Origin: Nemertoderma westbladi
Taxonomy: Eukaryota; Animalia; Xenacoelomorpha
DNA length: 64,000 nt
Direction of reading: 5' to 3'
Assembly: GCA_032718475.1 (NCBI GenBank)
Contig: JAUCBJ010005607.1
Location: 1-64,000, forward strand
The notes under the pieces are model-generated. The model worked only from the letters and a program-made list of their open reading frames with translations. It did not search any database and was not told the DNA's origin. The translations under genes and the position numbers were made by a program. How positions within the stretch are numbered: the first letter of the stretch is position 1; every line of letters starts with the position of its first letter. Below, one piece after another: positions 50,450-61,972 of the stretch.

Positions 50450-50917
50450 TTAATGTTGGGTGGGAGGCTGCGTTCTTGTTTGCCCTATCACTCTTGGGGG
50501 GCAGGCGCAAGTCGGGCGGACTCCCCCACCAACAATTCTCCCAGGCTCCGCAGGGACTACCCCTTCTTGCGGCGGATCCGGGGGGAACCACGGCGATAAA
50601 CCACGACCTCGCCCTCGGGGACGCCTATTCGGAAATACCATGGCAATAGGCCTAAGAGGCCTACCAATCGCCAGATAAAAATTGATAGGCCTATACAACG
50701 TTGCCATTGGTGTATTAGGCCTTCTAAGGGGTTCAATGGTACCCCCGCGAGTCCCCCCGCCGAAAGTTTGGGGCACCCTACCGGAAACAGGTACTTGTTG
50801 GATGGGGTCTTCTGCTTCCGGATTCGGGTTTGCGTCGCTACGTAGTTCTTGCTGCCGTCTCACCCACAATAATGTTGCGGCAATCTCCGAGGTTGATTTA
50901 TCACCGCCTGCAGCCAT
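50450..50917 (-). CDS. Maverick accessory ORF, Pro/Arg/Gly-rich, unknown function
   Basis: 155-aa ATG-initiated GC-rich ORF in AT-rich flanks, with AATAAA about 45 nt downstream on the - strand. No recognisable domain. Confidence 0.5.
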   Translation of the reverse strand: MAAGGDKSTSEIAATLLWVRRQQELRSDANPNPEAEDPIQQVPVSGRVPQTFGGGTRGGTIEPLRRPNTPMATLYRPINFYLAIGRPLRPIAMVFPNRRPRGRGRGLSPWFPPDPPQEGVVPAEPGRIVGGGVRPTCACPPRVIGQTRTQPPTQH

Positions 50918-52656
50918 TATGTCGATATGTTTTAGTTGTTTATTTAATTATTGACTTACAAAATATAAGTTTTACAAACAATAATGTGAAATCTAACTTA
51001 ATATAAAACTATTGAATTAATATTCAAACTACTAAATATAAAAAGCACATTGAGTTTTAGTTTATTTAGATAGTTTATAATTTAACAGTGATATCGGTAT
51101 CGCTATTCCCGATGTTAATATAGTAAACTATTATACTATTATAACAGAACGAGAGAAAGCCGCCCCAATATTAGATTATAACAACAACATATCCATTGGG
51201 TAAGAAAGTGGAGAAGAGCCAGGCACGACTCTCAATTTTTTCGTTTATATTATGCGATCAATTTTCACTCATCTCGTCATGAACACAACATGTATGTAAA
51301 CTTTTGATAAATTTGTTGGCTATGCGTTTGCGGCTGTTTGGGCGGGGTGTGGTAGGCCTACACTTTTCACACTGAAACATTTTGGTTGTGAAATGTTTAT
51401 GGCACAGCGATCAGAGATATTTTATATATATTTTATTATGAGAGGAAGAAGAACATACAACGTTATTTACTATATTATATGTAACAAAATAATTGTTTTC
51501 GGGTTTGGAAGCCTCCCCAAAGAGTTGATATACGATTATATTTAAAAATATTTCCATGGTCATGGTCATTCACCCGTCTTTAATTAGAAATTTGTTTGCA
51601 TGAAAGACAGTTTAGTTTGGTTTTTACTGATTATTATCTCTTATCTGACTGGGGTAATAATAAAGGATAGGATAAATGGATGCAAAGTGTGACAGTAACA
51701 ATTATTTCCCAGTCACCCTAGCATGTCTTAAGTATATGATATCTCAAAGGGGAAGTTTGGATTCACTGCATAAATGCAGTTCCCCAAACTTCCCCCGAAT
51801 GCACACTGTAACTTCCACCTTCCCACAAATATCCACTGTTGAATTAATTTGAAGCCATGTAATAAGTACAAAATTGTGCGAGTTTTTAATTGTGTGGTCC
51901 AATTGTTATTTGATTTCTATTTATTATTTAAAGTGCATTTAATATCACACTGGTTTTTAGAATATTATACTATACAACTTTATGTTTTATTAATTTACCC
52001 AATCGAAGCCTCATAAGGGCCGGTTATTTGTACACATATCCCCTAATGCGCTCACTCAGTAAGGTTCAAACAACATATTAATATGAAAATAAAGTATCTG
52101 CAAAGAAAAGAACCCAATACTATATAATTTGACCTTATTAAAAAATTTGCACTTTTGCACACTTATTTGTACAAGTGCACTTTAGCAGATCGTAATGGTG
52201 GCTCTTATTTAACAAACTATGTTTATCCTCTACCGATCTACGATGGTGTATGATCAAGTGTCAGTCACTAAAAGTGTCAAAAATCCAATTTAATAAATCG
52301 CGACATTTGCGATTTTGGACCATATTCATGGACATTTTAAGTCACTTTATAGACATAAAAAGTTAAACAAATGTTACGATTATAGTTAGAAATCATTCCA
52401 AACTACATTTTAATCCCAAAAATAACATTCTACGATGAATAGAACTGGAAATAATAGTGTTTGAACTATCGAAAAAATGTTCACTATTTAAGTACATTTT
52501 GCACTTAGTACACATAAGTATTTTCCCAAGTTTTATCCTATTTCACACACTACAATCTATCCTCTATGCAATGAAAAATGTTTCAGATTAAACGGCCCTG
52601 TAGAACCGAAGTTATTGATGTTTAAAAATAATCACTCGAAAATTTCAAATTCTCTT

Positions 52657-52730
52657 GGTCATATAGTCTAGTGGTTATCAATCACGTTAATGAAACCGAA
52701 GTTCGCGGATTCGAAATCCAATATTGACCA
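52657..52730 (+). pseudogene. tRNA-like sequence (degenerate; Pol III A/B boxes)
   Basis: GGTCA...TGACCA acceptor-like ends, A-box TAGTCTAGTGG, B-box-like GGATTCGAAATCC, followed by a T-run. The anticodon arm does not pair. Confidence 0.45.
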
Positions 52731-54428
52731 TTCTTATTTTTTTGCAAAAAAAAATATTTTTATTTTTTCACTAAAATCGCTCTAACTTCGGTTCTGGTGG
52801 TCCAAATTCAATAAAATTGGTATATTCTTTGCCGTAATTTTTTTCTTAATCTTTTGAGAAGGGGTTATTTTTGGCCCCAAAAAAATTAAAAAAAAGGGCC
52901 AAAATAACGCGATATTTTTCGACCCTTAAAATTCGTAATTTTAATTATATATGTTAAGATAAAAGATAGCGGAGTTAATTTGATACTTTTTACAGGTACT
53001 TTTGGCGCAATACGCTAAATTATAATGGAATAGCGATTTGTTAAAAAAAAAAATGTTTCGTCCCTTTTTATAAATATTATATTTCACACGATCGCCTGCC
53101 GCTCCAGTTTTATAATACCTCCGGCGCTGTGATTAACGCTGTTAGATAGATAATTTAACGCACTATAAGTCTGCGTAAACAAATCTCCCGTAAGTTAAGT
53201 AGTTTTCGAGCTAGACGATTTCCCGCGAAGCAAGTTTGAAGCGCGAAATTATAATTTTGGCCCTCATTTTTTTAATATCATCCTTGGAGCAAAACCGATA
53301 GCATATTTGAATTCCCCGTATGGATATTGACTGTATAGAATGTACCTTAACCAACTAAAGTTAAAAATAAAAAATTATTCGATAAAAACTACTTTACAAA
53401 TTCTGGCCCTATTTGGCCCCTATTGCCGACATATTTTTTGTACCCCCATTCGATAGGAACGTAGCCCCAATGGTCTTCTACGAGTTTCATAAAAGAATTA
53501 GTGGATTCCTACCCGCGTTGTCGAATTAAACATTTCGGAAATAAGTTTTCCAAAAAAGACGGACAAAAACGTACAAATTTACAGCCCCTTTTTCCACCCG
53601 AAATTTTAATAAATATCTTACCCCCATTCGATACGAAGGTAGTACCACTCTTCCCCTTTCCAACCGCGTTACTTTCGTCCCCGTACGATTAATATTAGCC
53701 GAGTTATAGCGGATCCCGCAAAGTCATTTTGTCCGTTTTTTCAACTTTGACGGACATTTTCGGAAAAAAGGCGTAGTAATCTTTTTTGAAAAAAAAACGA
53801 ATTCACTAATTAATCCCTTCTATCGTATCCTGGCGTCGGCTAAGCAATAACCTAGGGTTTTTTCGAGCCACTGTAGAGCACCTTTCAAAAAAATTTTAAA
53901 ATTGTCGAAAAAATGACGGATTTTTGTCCGCCGTGTCCGTCGAAGGGTTAGATTTAATAATGTTAGAGTTGCTAATATCTTAGAATTCCGAGCCGCTCCC
54001 CTGGTGAGAAAATAAAAAAATTTGGTGTGTTCCTTCAACGAAAAGTCCCCCAGAATCCCAAGTTAACCTATATAGTTAGCGATTGCCTGCGGCTTTAGGA
54101 GTGGCCGCGGTATTCACCTCCCTCATAGCGGCCGCGGCGGTGTTGCGTCAAATGGAGAAATATTTATCCCACCTAGCTAATTTGGTAAGGCTAATTATCT
54201 ATGCTTCGTATATGGCTTATTTCTTCTTTTGTGAAACCGGTCACATATGCGAGTAAATTGAACCCAGACCTTTGATTGTCGTTAGAGCGTTTAATTATTG
54301 TCTAATGCGCGTAGCATGGATAGAGATTCTGGCCTTTGTGTTAACCACATAGGTTGGGCGGCAGATGCTTGGTATATAATGGAAAGAGTTGGACCCCAAT
54401 ATGGCTATGTCCAATTATTATTCCAGTT

Positions 54429-54704
54429 TTACTGGCGCCCACGCGCTAAAGACTTCACCTCACAAGGTTTCAGTGATTGACGATGAAAATTATTAAAAAA
54501 ATTAAAAAACGAATAGTGCCGCGTGAAGACCCCACCCACGTCACTTACCACGTCCCATATATTTATTAAAAATATTGCTATTACTATATACCCAAGAAAT
54601 AAATATTTATTATTAATATTAATGCTAATAATATTTTCACACACCGCAATTGAATATACCCATAACCGAAATAAATAAATTATTTTATTAATGAAAGTGT
54701 CCAC
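54429..54704 (-). CDS. Small hydrophobic (putative membrane) Maverick ORF
   Basis: 91 aa, overlaps the end of the protease gene, two hydrophobic stretches. No known motif. Confidence 0.35.
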   Translation of the reverse strand: MDTFINKIIYLFRLWVYSIAVCENIISININNKYLFLGYIVIAIFLINIWDVVSDVGGVFTRHYSFFNFFNNFHRQSLKPCEVKSLARGRQ

Positions 54705-55120
54705 AGTAATAACAATAAATCATTGTACCGCAAATTAGAGGTGAATATATTCATTGCTCCGGGATTTTTCGGCACCTCGGTTAGATAATACAGACAAAAT
54801 AGACCGCACTGAGTCGAATGTGGCGCTTGAAATATTTTACGATTCCAAGTATGCCTTTGGGTATATTTATGCAACCAATATGATATTTTCGGTGGTGGGG
54901 CTTTACCAAACGAATCTAAATAATAAGCAATTCTGTTAACCACGCGTACGCAAGACCAGTGTTGCCTCGGTAGGCCTATACGTTGATTATTAATAATAAA
55001 TGAATAATTTTGTTTATGCTTATTTTTTTTTGCGTGTATTAGGTGTAATTGGTCGATTGCGTAAACACCGATGTATTCGGGCCCCACCGGGAATTTCGCT
55101 AATTGTATAGAGTCCAACAT
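54680..55120 (-). CDS. Adenain-like cysteine protease (Polinton PRO)
   Basis: FIINN...QHW (His), YYLDSFG (Asp), IFQ...TQCGLFCLYYL (Gln/Cys). Confidence 0.9.
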   Translation of the reverse strand: MLDSIQLAKFPVGPEYIGVYAIDQLHLIHAKKNKHKQNYSFIINNQRIGLPRQHWSCVRVVNRIAYYLDSFGKAPPPKISYWLHKYTQRHTWNRKIFQAPHSTQCGLFCLYYLTEVPKNPGAMNIFTSNLRYNDLLLLLWTLSLIK

Positions 55121-55214
55121 TTTAGCGTGCGCGTATCATTAAAAGTTTAAGATAATTTTTCTAATTCCACAGGCGGTGCGGCTTCGCTTACTTTGTACTA
55201 TGCGAGATCTTTAT

Positions 55215-56448
55215 TTATTCGGTTATTATTTCCTTGGCTTCCGAAATAGATAGAAGAGCGTCATAGCTTGCCATTAATATAACGTTAATAGTGTTAACTA
55301 GCGCATTACTAAATTTCAGAATCAAATGCCCGCTTGTATGTATACTAGGTTGAATCTCATGGCTTTGATCGCCTCCTGCGGTAAGATCAAATACTATCAA
55401 AGGAAATTGGGTACGAAACCGTTCTGGTGTTAGAGAGCAAAATACGCCGCTCAAGCTCTTGAACACGTTCATTAAACTTTCGAATTCCAACATAAAATTG
55501 TTTTCCGGAAAGTTAGGGCGATATGGATACCATTGTATAATACGGGAGTCGATGTTTAGTTCGGCATAATTTAAACCGAAATGGTTAAAATGTAGCGGAT
55601 TACTGCTTAATTCCCCGTTGAAGCTGACGTTGGTAAGCATTCCAATCAAAATATACTTAGGTAATTTCCCTTGGATTATGTTCGATTCTGTATAACTGGA
55701 CTGTCCGCCACCAATAGTGAAGGTTTTCACTTCTTGTTTTAACAAGTTATAAATAAAGTCATTTTTTTGTGACCCCAACAAATGCGTGCGCATAACCTCG
55801 GCATCAATCCTGTGGCATTTTATTTTTAAATTAATATCCATGATTTCAACTCTTGGGTTTGCCAACTTTCAAAAAAAAATTATTCGATACTCGGTCTATA
55901 CGAAGTCGAATGTTAATTCCTGGTGGCAGTAATTTGTCCTGACTTGTCAAGTCTAGAAAAATTGGGGCCACTACGAATTTAACATAATTCCCACGAACGT
56001 CGTTCCCAGAAACGACAGGTACCCCACCTAGATTATTATCTGTATCCTCATAACCACCAGCTCTTAAAATACCGCGTTTTTCATTAGCATCTGTCAACAG
56101 TAATGTCTGAAATGTAGACTTATAGGCGTAGAACCCATTCGAGGTTTCAACTAGCTTTTCATTTAGGTACAACGAACAATTTTCAAATAGTGACCCACCC
56201 GGGTAATTGAGATGGTGGAGGGTTGTATCGTCGTTAGCCCTATTACCGTCCCACGTAATTTTATATTTAATGTGAAATTTCGAATTCTTTAAATCAGTAT
56301 ATAGAACATTTGACTGGGGTATAAAGAACTCTATTTGCCTGGCATTCGCGTCAAGAGTAGAGATCGGGTAGATATGCAAAAAATGTGAAGATGTATATTC
56401 TCGCTGATTTGTTTTACTCGAGAATAATGATAATTCTAATTTACTCAT
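55215..56448 (-). pseudogene. Major capsid protein (double jelly-roll; Polinton MCP), one frameshift near 55860-55880
   Basis: MSKLELSLF...IYPISTL...IEFFIP...YTDL; YAYK; QDKLLPPGINIRL; second ORF GKLPKYILIGM...FNG..SNPLHFNHF...FDLT. The shift is at an A-run. Confidence 0.88.
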
Positions 56449-56485
56449 TGTTAAGTTACATGAAAATATCACGACATTTATTATT

Positions 56486-56983
56486 TCACTTTTTACGTTT
56501 GCGCCCAACGTTCATACCCACACTTGGGTGTCGCCGTTTCCCGCTCCTCTTTTTTTTACTTTTCGGGTTTGTAAATTCATTGTATACCCGTTGGGCGATT
56601 TGGCATGTCTTTGGATGAGGTTCTAACCGCGCGGCCACTTTATTTATCAAATCATCTGCTTTACTGCGTAAAATACGTTTTCCTTCCGGTATTATGTATT
56701 TCCGCGCCACTTTTGCTGCTTTGGGGAGTGCTTTAGTTAGCACCTTTCTCCCTAACTTGCGCGCTAATATACCGAGGCCAGTTGTTAATATTCCGTGCCC
56801 ACGCTGACGATTTTGGGTGTATCGCTGGCCGAATTTATTATTCTTATTATTCCATACACCAGTAGATGGGCCAAACCCGGGGAGAATGCTTCCACCTTTA
56901 AAAACGGGTATATCGCTATAATTCCCACTTCTCAGTTGGATTTGTGGGGTGCTATATAATTTAAACAAATTAGAATCTGACAT
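56486..56983 (-). CDS. Basic core/membrane-active virion protein candidate
   Basis: Lys/Arg-rich; QRGHG motif followed by the amphipathic stretch ILTTGLGILARKLGRKVLTKALPKAAKVA. Sits just upstream of MCP, as in Mavericks. Confidence 0.65.
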   Translation of the reverse strand: MSDSNLFKLYSTPQIQLRSGNYSDIPVFKGGSILPGFGPSTGVWNNKNNKFGQRYTQNRQRGHGILTTGLGILARKLGRKVLTKALPKAAKVARKYIIPEGKRILRSKADDLINKVAARLEPHPKTCQIAQRVYNEFTNPKSKKKRSGKRRHPSVGMNVGRKRKK

Positions 56984-57105
56984 TATTATTATGAGTATTT
57001 ATTATAACGTATAATAATAATTCTTTACTACATACGTATATGTGTAATCAACAAATAATATATGTACCACATAATAATACAATATAATTAATAAATATAT
57101 ACACA

Positions 57106-57699
57106 TTAATTTGATGACAACCATTTCCCATAACCAACTGCGAGTTTCATAGAACAGTAATTAAAACAAGAATCTTTATCAGAATGGTAGGCACAATTTG
57201 TTATTGCCGAATAATCATGGAAAATGCATTTGGTGTCATAATCGACATATTTTTCGTTTATGCCGTACGTTTCTAGAAGTGTTCCATTCACATTAAATTC
57301 ATTTTTTAAAATAAATAATTTCGGTATTCCGCGTATTAATATTTGAAACCCCAACTGTTTTTTTTCTTGTAACCATTCCTGTATGTACATTTTAAATGCG
57401 CTTTGGTCCATAAATCCGTAGTCAAAATTAATGTGATGCGTAATATTGGCGAGTTGTATGAGATGATCGTATTCGCTTAAACTTAAAATTTTTGCGGGCA
57501 GACCATTAATAAACCATACGTTTTCTAATGATTTGATGGTAGTATTATAAGCCGCAAACTCTTTAAAATAAATGGTTGCAACGGGGTGTTGGCCGATCTG
57601 CGGATGATGCGTATAATATTGGAAATCTACTATTATTCCTGGGTTTTCCAGCGTCGGGTAATAATCACGCCCGCGGCTGCGACTTAGAAATTTATCCAT
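57106..57699 (-). CDS. Putative DnaQ/RNase H-fold (DEDD / Maelstrom-like) nuclease-domain protein
   Basis: Intact 197 aa: IIVDFQ...FKEFA...NGL...IRG..K...LE.YG...CAYH......YCS..LA...W. The E...C..H...C arrangement recalls the Maelstrom ECHC Zn site. Assignment by eye. Confidence 0.5.
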   Translation of the reverse strand: MDKFLSRSRGRDYYPTLENPGIIVDFQYYTHHPQIGQHPVATIYFKEFAAYNTTIKSLENVWFINGLPAKILSLSEYDHLIQLANITHHINFDYGFMDQSAFKMYIQEWLQEKKQLGFQILIRGIPKLFILKNEFNVNGTLLETYGINEKYVDYDTKCIFHDYSAITNCAYHSDKDSCFNYCSMKLAVGYGKWLSSN

Positions 57700-57773
57700 A
57701 TAGTTGCTATTACTTCAGATAATCAGATAATAATAAATAATAAATAATTTACATCGATTAAATTGAAACTATC

Positions 57774-58580
57774 TCAGTCAATTCGTATAAAATGAAGCGT
57801 CAATATTGAATTTCCATAATGAAAGCGCAACAGATCACCCGAATCCCCAACCAATTTAGCCCGTATATAGCGTAAATTAGATGTTACTTTAAGTTTTTTA
57901 TAGTATATCTGTTTGACTTCCCTAGTAATGACTTCACCGTATTCCCCTTCTAATGGTATGGTGCGCAACAGCCGATATTCGTTATTGTCCACAAATTGAG
58001 ATTCAACACAATTAAGGTGAATATTTATGTTAGGGTCTAGTATCTCGACTGCGTCAGGATGTTTACGGCACTGGTACTTATTATTCCACGGATTAATTCT
58101 AATTAAATTATAATCTCCGACGTCGGTTTTTACGCACTTGAAACCTAATTTATCAATATCGTGCTCTATTAATCCTAGGTAACCACCCAAACGTTTGCTA
58201 ACAAAGATTTCCCATTGTTTTCCTTTGAAATGAATAGTTATATCGCCTGACCTCGCTCTATTATCAACTATATTAATTTGTGCTTTAATAATGCTTTTGT
58301 TGAAGAACTCAATGATTCTTTCCAATGTCAGGAACGACCCTTCTGGGAGAGTGACATCTCTTGTATCCATTTTTTTATTTTTTATAGCCTTTATATAAAT
58401 GTTACTATTATCGTGACGAATACTAGATACGTAGGTTATACTAGTCAAACCTACTAACCATTGCCCTCTAGCGATAGGTAAAGTAATTTGTAAATTTATT
58501 TGGAAATCGCTAGCATTATTAAGTGGAAATTCTATTGGGTTCGCGTTTGAAGGTAGTACAACATAATAACTATTCATCAT
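57774..58580 (-). CDS. Minor capsid protein (penton-like) 2
   Basis: YVVLPSNA...FPLNNASDFQINL...WLVGLTSITY at the N-terminus; CVESQFVD...LLRTIP...YYK...LHF at the C-terminus. Confidence 0.85.
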   Translation of the reverse strand: MMNSYYVVLPSNANPIEFPLNNASDFQINLQITLPIARGQWLVGLTSITYVSSIRHDNSNIYIKAIKNKKMDTRDVTLPEGSFLTLERIIEFFNKSIIKAQINIVDNRARSGDITIHFKGKQWEIFVSKRLGGYLGLIEHDIDKLGFKCVKTDVGDYNLIRINPWNNKYQCRKHPDAVEILDPNINIHLNCVESQFVDNNEYRLLRTIPLEGEYGEVITREVKQIYYKKLKVTSNLRYIRAKLVGDSGDLLRFHYGNSILTLHFIRID

Positions 58581-59457
58581 TATACCAGTTTTGTAATTGC
58601 GACCGTTTTTTTAGTTCTAGAACTAAAATTGTTTTACCACCATGAAACACTATATGCTTTCCTTTATGATCGCGAAGCGTTATACTAATTGTATTAACTA
58701 ATTTTTGATTTTTTAACTGTTTGTAATGAGTGTTTTCGAACTCTTGACTTATAAATGAGTATGGTTGCCATTTTAACGGAATTATCCGCAAAAGAGGAAC
58801 CATAGAATGCCCCACGTGGGAAGATTCAATTATATCTGTATATATAAACATTGTATGTCTATCCCTCGTTATATCACAGGGTTCAGGAAATTCAATTCCA
58901 TTTTTGTCTGAATTCCTAGAGCCTAAACTTAGTAAGTTGTCTTCTGGGTTGTAATGTATTGACCAAAACGCGCCAAGACCATGTATGTTATTTTTTAAAG
59001 ACGATAAGCCAAATATATTTATTAAATCCCCGTAGAATTGGAAATAGCGTCCTTTCATAGAATGCAAATGTATTTTCGATGTGTGCTTGTGATAATTAAA
59101 CTTAACATCGGAGAAACCATAATGTTCTACGGAATTTTTTTTCAAATATACGGTAATATAATTTATAATTGACTCAACGGAAGCATACAGCCCATGATTA
59201 AGATCGATTTCAATAAGATTATACGGGGCAATGTGGAATGGTATATCCACATCTTCCATGTATTCACCAATTTTAATTCCGGATCTTTGCTCAATATTCC
59301 TATAAGTTGATACATATTGTATTTCTTTTAGGCCCACAACCCAATCCGTGGTAATGGGGATAGGTTTGGACAATTCAATTGTAAAATCGCTCCGGGTGTT
59401 GTTAGGATATTTATCTAGACTGGCGTCAGAAGTCAATGTCAAATGTAAGCGATCCAT
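58570..59457 (-). CDS. Minor capsid protein (penton-like) 1
   Basis: LTLTSDAS..YPNNTRSDFTIEL...WVVGLKEIQY; MFIYTDIIESSHVG..MVPLLRII...HY...ISITLRD..G..IVF.GG. Confidence 0.88.
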   Translation of the reverse strand: MDRLHLTLTSDASLDKYPNNTRSDFTIELSKPIPITTDWVVGLKEIQYVSTYRNIEQRSGIKIGEYMEDVDIPFHIAPYNLIEIDLNHGLYASVESIINYITVYLKKNSVEHYGFSDVKFNYHKHTSKIHLHSMKGRYFQFYGDLINIFGLSSLKNNIHGLGAFWSIHYNPEDNLLSLGSRNSDKNGIEFPEPCDITRDRHTMFIYTDIIESSHVGHSMVPLLRIIPLKWQPYSFISQEFENTHYKQLKNQKLVNTISITLRDHKGKHIVFHGGKTILVLELKKRSQLQNWYNDE

Positions 59458-60548
59458 TATTGTATCCTATCAACCCACCGGTGCTTCGCATAACCAACGA
59501 ATTTTACCAGGTATTGTTTTTTCCCTGTTTTTTTGTTTACTACTTTTTCCTTGATTACTTTTTCAATTGGTAAGAACTCAAACGGTTCTTTCACCTTTTT
59601 CATTTCATATTGATAAAATGTCCCTTTAATAACACGCCTATTCACATCCATAACTTCGTACATAGGGTACGGCTCTCGATCCATCCGTATTCTAGAAATT
59701 TCGAAAATTTCCCAGGTATAGTTAGGTGTATATCCTTTGGAAAATGGTGTCGCGGTTAAACTCAGACGCACTTTATCGCCAACTTTGAAATAAACTCGAC
59801 ACTGTTCGCGGCGTTTCTTTCTATTGGGATGGCGCACACTGCCATATAGTTTTAAAAATAAGCCAGTTTCATTATTTTTATTGACTAAGTTTGGCGCCAT
59901 ACCGATGGTTCTATGTATTGAATTATTATATGAAATTACCAGCTTTGGTAATATGTCGATCCATTTCTTATTTTGCCGCCTTGTGAACACTTTATACATT
60001 TTCGACTTAAGTGTGCGGTTAAGCCTCTCACAGATGCTAGCTTTAAATTGGCTAACTAATGTATAAAAATTAACATTATTATTCTGTAAGAATTCTTTCA
60101 CTAATTTATTTACAAACTCAGTACCCTGATCAACCGCCAGTCTTTTAGGCTTTCTTTCTTCGAATATTGTGGTTAGGGCGCGTTTAATTTCGACACCGGT
60201 TTTATGTTTTAACCCTAGTGCCCACGCCTTGCGACTAAAGCAATCGATACAAGTAATTATGTAACCATAACCATTATTCTCCACCCTAAAGGGTTGCATA
60301 TCGCATATGTCCGCCTGATATAGATCTCCAATGCCGTCCGTGAAAATTTTTGATGTCGGGTAATGGCGCCTAGCCGGCGCGTGTAGGGAATACGTTCATT
60401 GGGAGCTCAACCACTTCTTTGCGCGATTTCTCGTAACTTTAGCGGCTTTCGCTAGTTTGGTTACGCTCGCGAAACCGGCAGCATTTGAAACATCGTAATA
60501 TATTCTTCCCAGTCGTTTGTTTGTTCGATTTTCTACGATTCTCCCCAT
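59457..60548 (-). pseudogene. Retroviral-like (rve) integrase with a C-terminal chromodomain-like end; one premature stop
   Basis: From ATG 60548: IYYDV..AAGF...KWLSSQ*TYSLH (TGA at 60396-60398)...QADICDM...IDCFSR...VDQGTEF...ERLNRTLK...YNNSIHRTIGMAP...QYLVKFVGY. Confidence 0.92.
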
Positions 60549-60666
60549 CGGTTGTGTCAAGTCGCGGTAGAAAAGACTTGCAATGACAGTTAATACTTAA
60601 TATGAAACGTTCAAAAAACATACTACTATTTTAATGTTGTCCCGCGTTTTGTTTCCACACGTCGAT

Positions 60667-61123
60667 TTATTGTAGTCCTACATATTGTTTCCAAGCATCG
60701 ACGCGTTTTGCGTTGGAGGGGGTCACACGGACCCCTTGTCGTTTCAACCAACCGTGACCAATTAATCGTTTTGGTATCCTTAATCGTTTTAATAACCCCA
60801 AAAATGTTGTTTGTCCTGGAATTATTTTGGTGTTTTTCTTATTTTTTTTTGTAGTCAGCAATTCAATCAAATGATCAATTCGCTCCGGGTATAAGTTTAT
60901 TTTCTATATAGAGTTTATTATTATCACTCCACCGTACTCTGTCTCGCGAGAATCGCATCAAATAACTCAACAATCGTTTGGCTTTCTGGGATGAAATTGC
61001 CACACCATCTAGCGGTTGTATTATATTATTGCTTTTCTTATTATTATTATAAGTATCTGTTAATAAAGTAGAAACTAGATACAACTTCTTAAAATTTCCG
61101 AGGCTAATCTCGCTATTTTTCAT
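60667..61123 (-). pseudogene. Conserved Maverick ORF of unknown function, frameshifted near 60873
   Basis: KAKRLL...VRWSDNNKLYIENKLIPGAN/LIELL...PGQTTFLGLLKRLRIPKRLIG resembles the W..G....IPGSN..DL...G...F...L...P pattern of a conserved Maverick gene. Confidence 0.6.
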
Positions 61124-61245
61124 CGTTATATATCATTATTAATATATTAATACTATATACTAGAGTTCACGTTGATGGACCGATAATAACCTAATTTTGG
61201 TGAAAGTCTAAAACAAGGTGTGAAAATGGTTTTCGCGCGGGGTCG

Positions 61246-61955
61246 CTACTGCGGTATAGACTGAGCCTCAGGGCCTTGGTGAGGTGTGTTAGAGTTCGTG
61301 TTCGTGGGTTGATAAACAGTTTGCCCTAATGGGTTGAAAATATCACCCCTAACTCTTATACTATCATCCATTTTTGATGAAAGTCTAAGAGAAGGTGTGT
61401 GAATAGTTTTTGTGTGGCGTCGCTATATGCTTGAACAATAAAATTGCTATTTTTTGGGTACACTTGCCGCGCTATATAACTTATTTGATTTGCGTCGCGG
61501 GGATTTTTTGTGAAAATACAATATTGGGCATTTAGACTTCTAGTCTGTGTTTCCACCCCTTTACTGAAAAAATTTTGTGTTATATAGATAATGAAACAGG
61601 AAGTATGATGGCAGGTTTTTGTGAAGCTTTCTGTCAAACTCTCATCACTCCTACTTTCGCTTAACAAGTCGTCTATAATAATTAGATCGTTTTCGCGGAA
61701 AATAGAATTAATTTTTTGCAGTAAACCTTTGAATAGATGTGTTATACCTGGGAATTAAGGTGGGGTGGCGCCATAAAAGAATAATACACGCTTCGGGGTT
61801 ATATCAAAAACTAAATTTTTATTTTTTACGATTTTTGATACCAGCACTGTTTTTCCGGAAGAACTTGGACCCGCAATAATCATGGCCGAACCCATCTTGA
61901 AAGAGGCGTCGTATGATGTGATTGGTTCCTGCGATATCGCCGGCTCTCGGGACAT
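61246..61955 (-). pseudogene. Packaging ATPase (A32/FtsK-like), premature stop at 61755-61757 and C-terminal frameshift
   Basis: Walker A AGPSSSGKT; in-frame Walker B LIIIDDL after the TAA; HH..CFIIYITQNFF...RSLNAQY...KNPRD; tail ...IRVRGDIF in the shifted frame. Confidence 0.9.
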
Positions 61956-61972
61956 TGTTGATAGGTAGTCAC

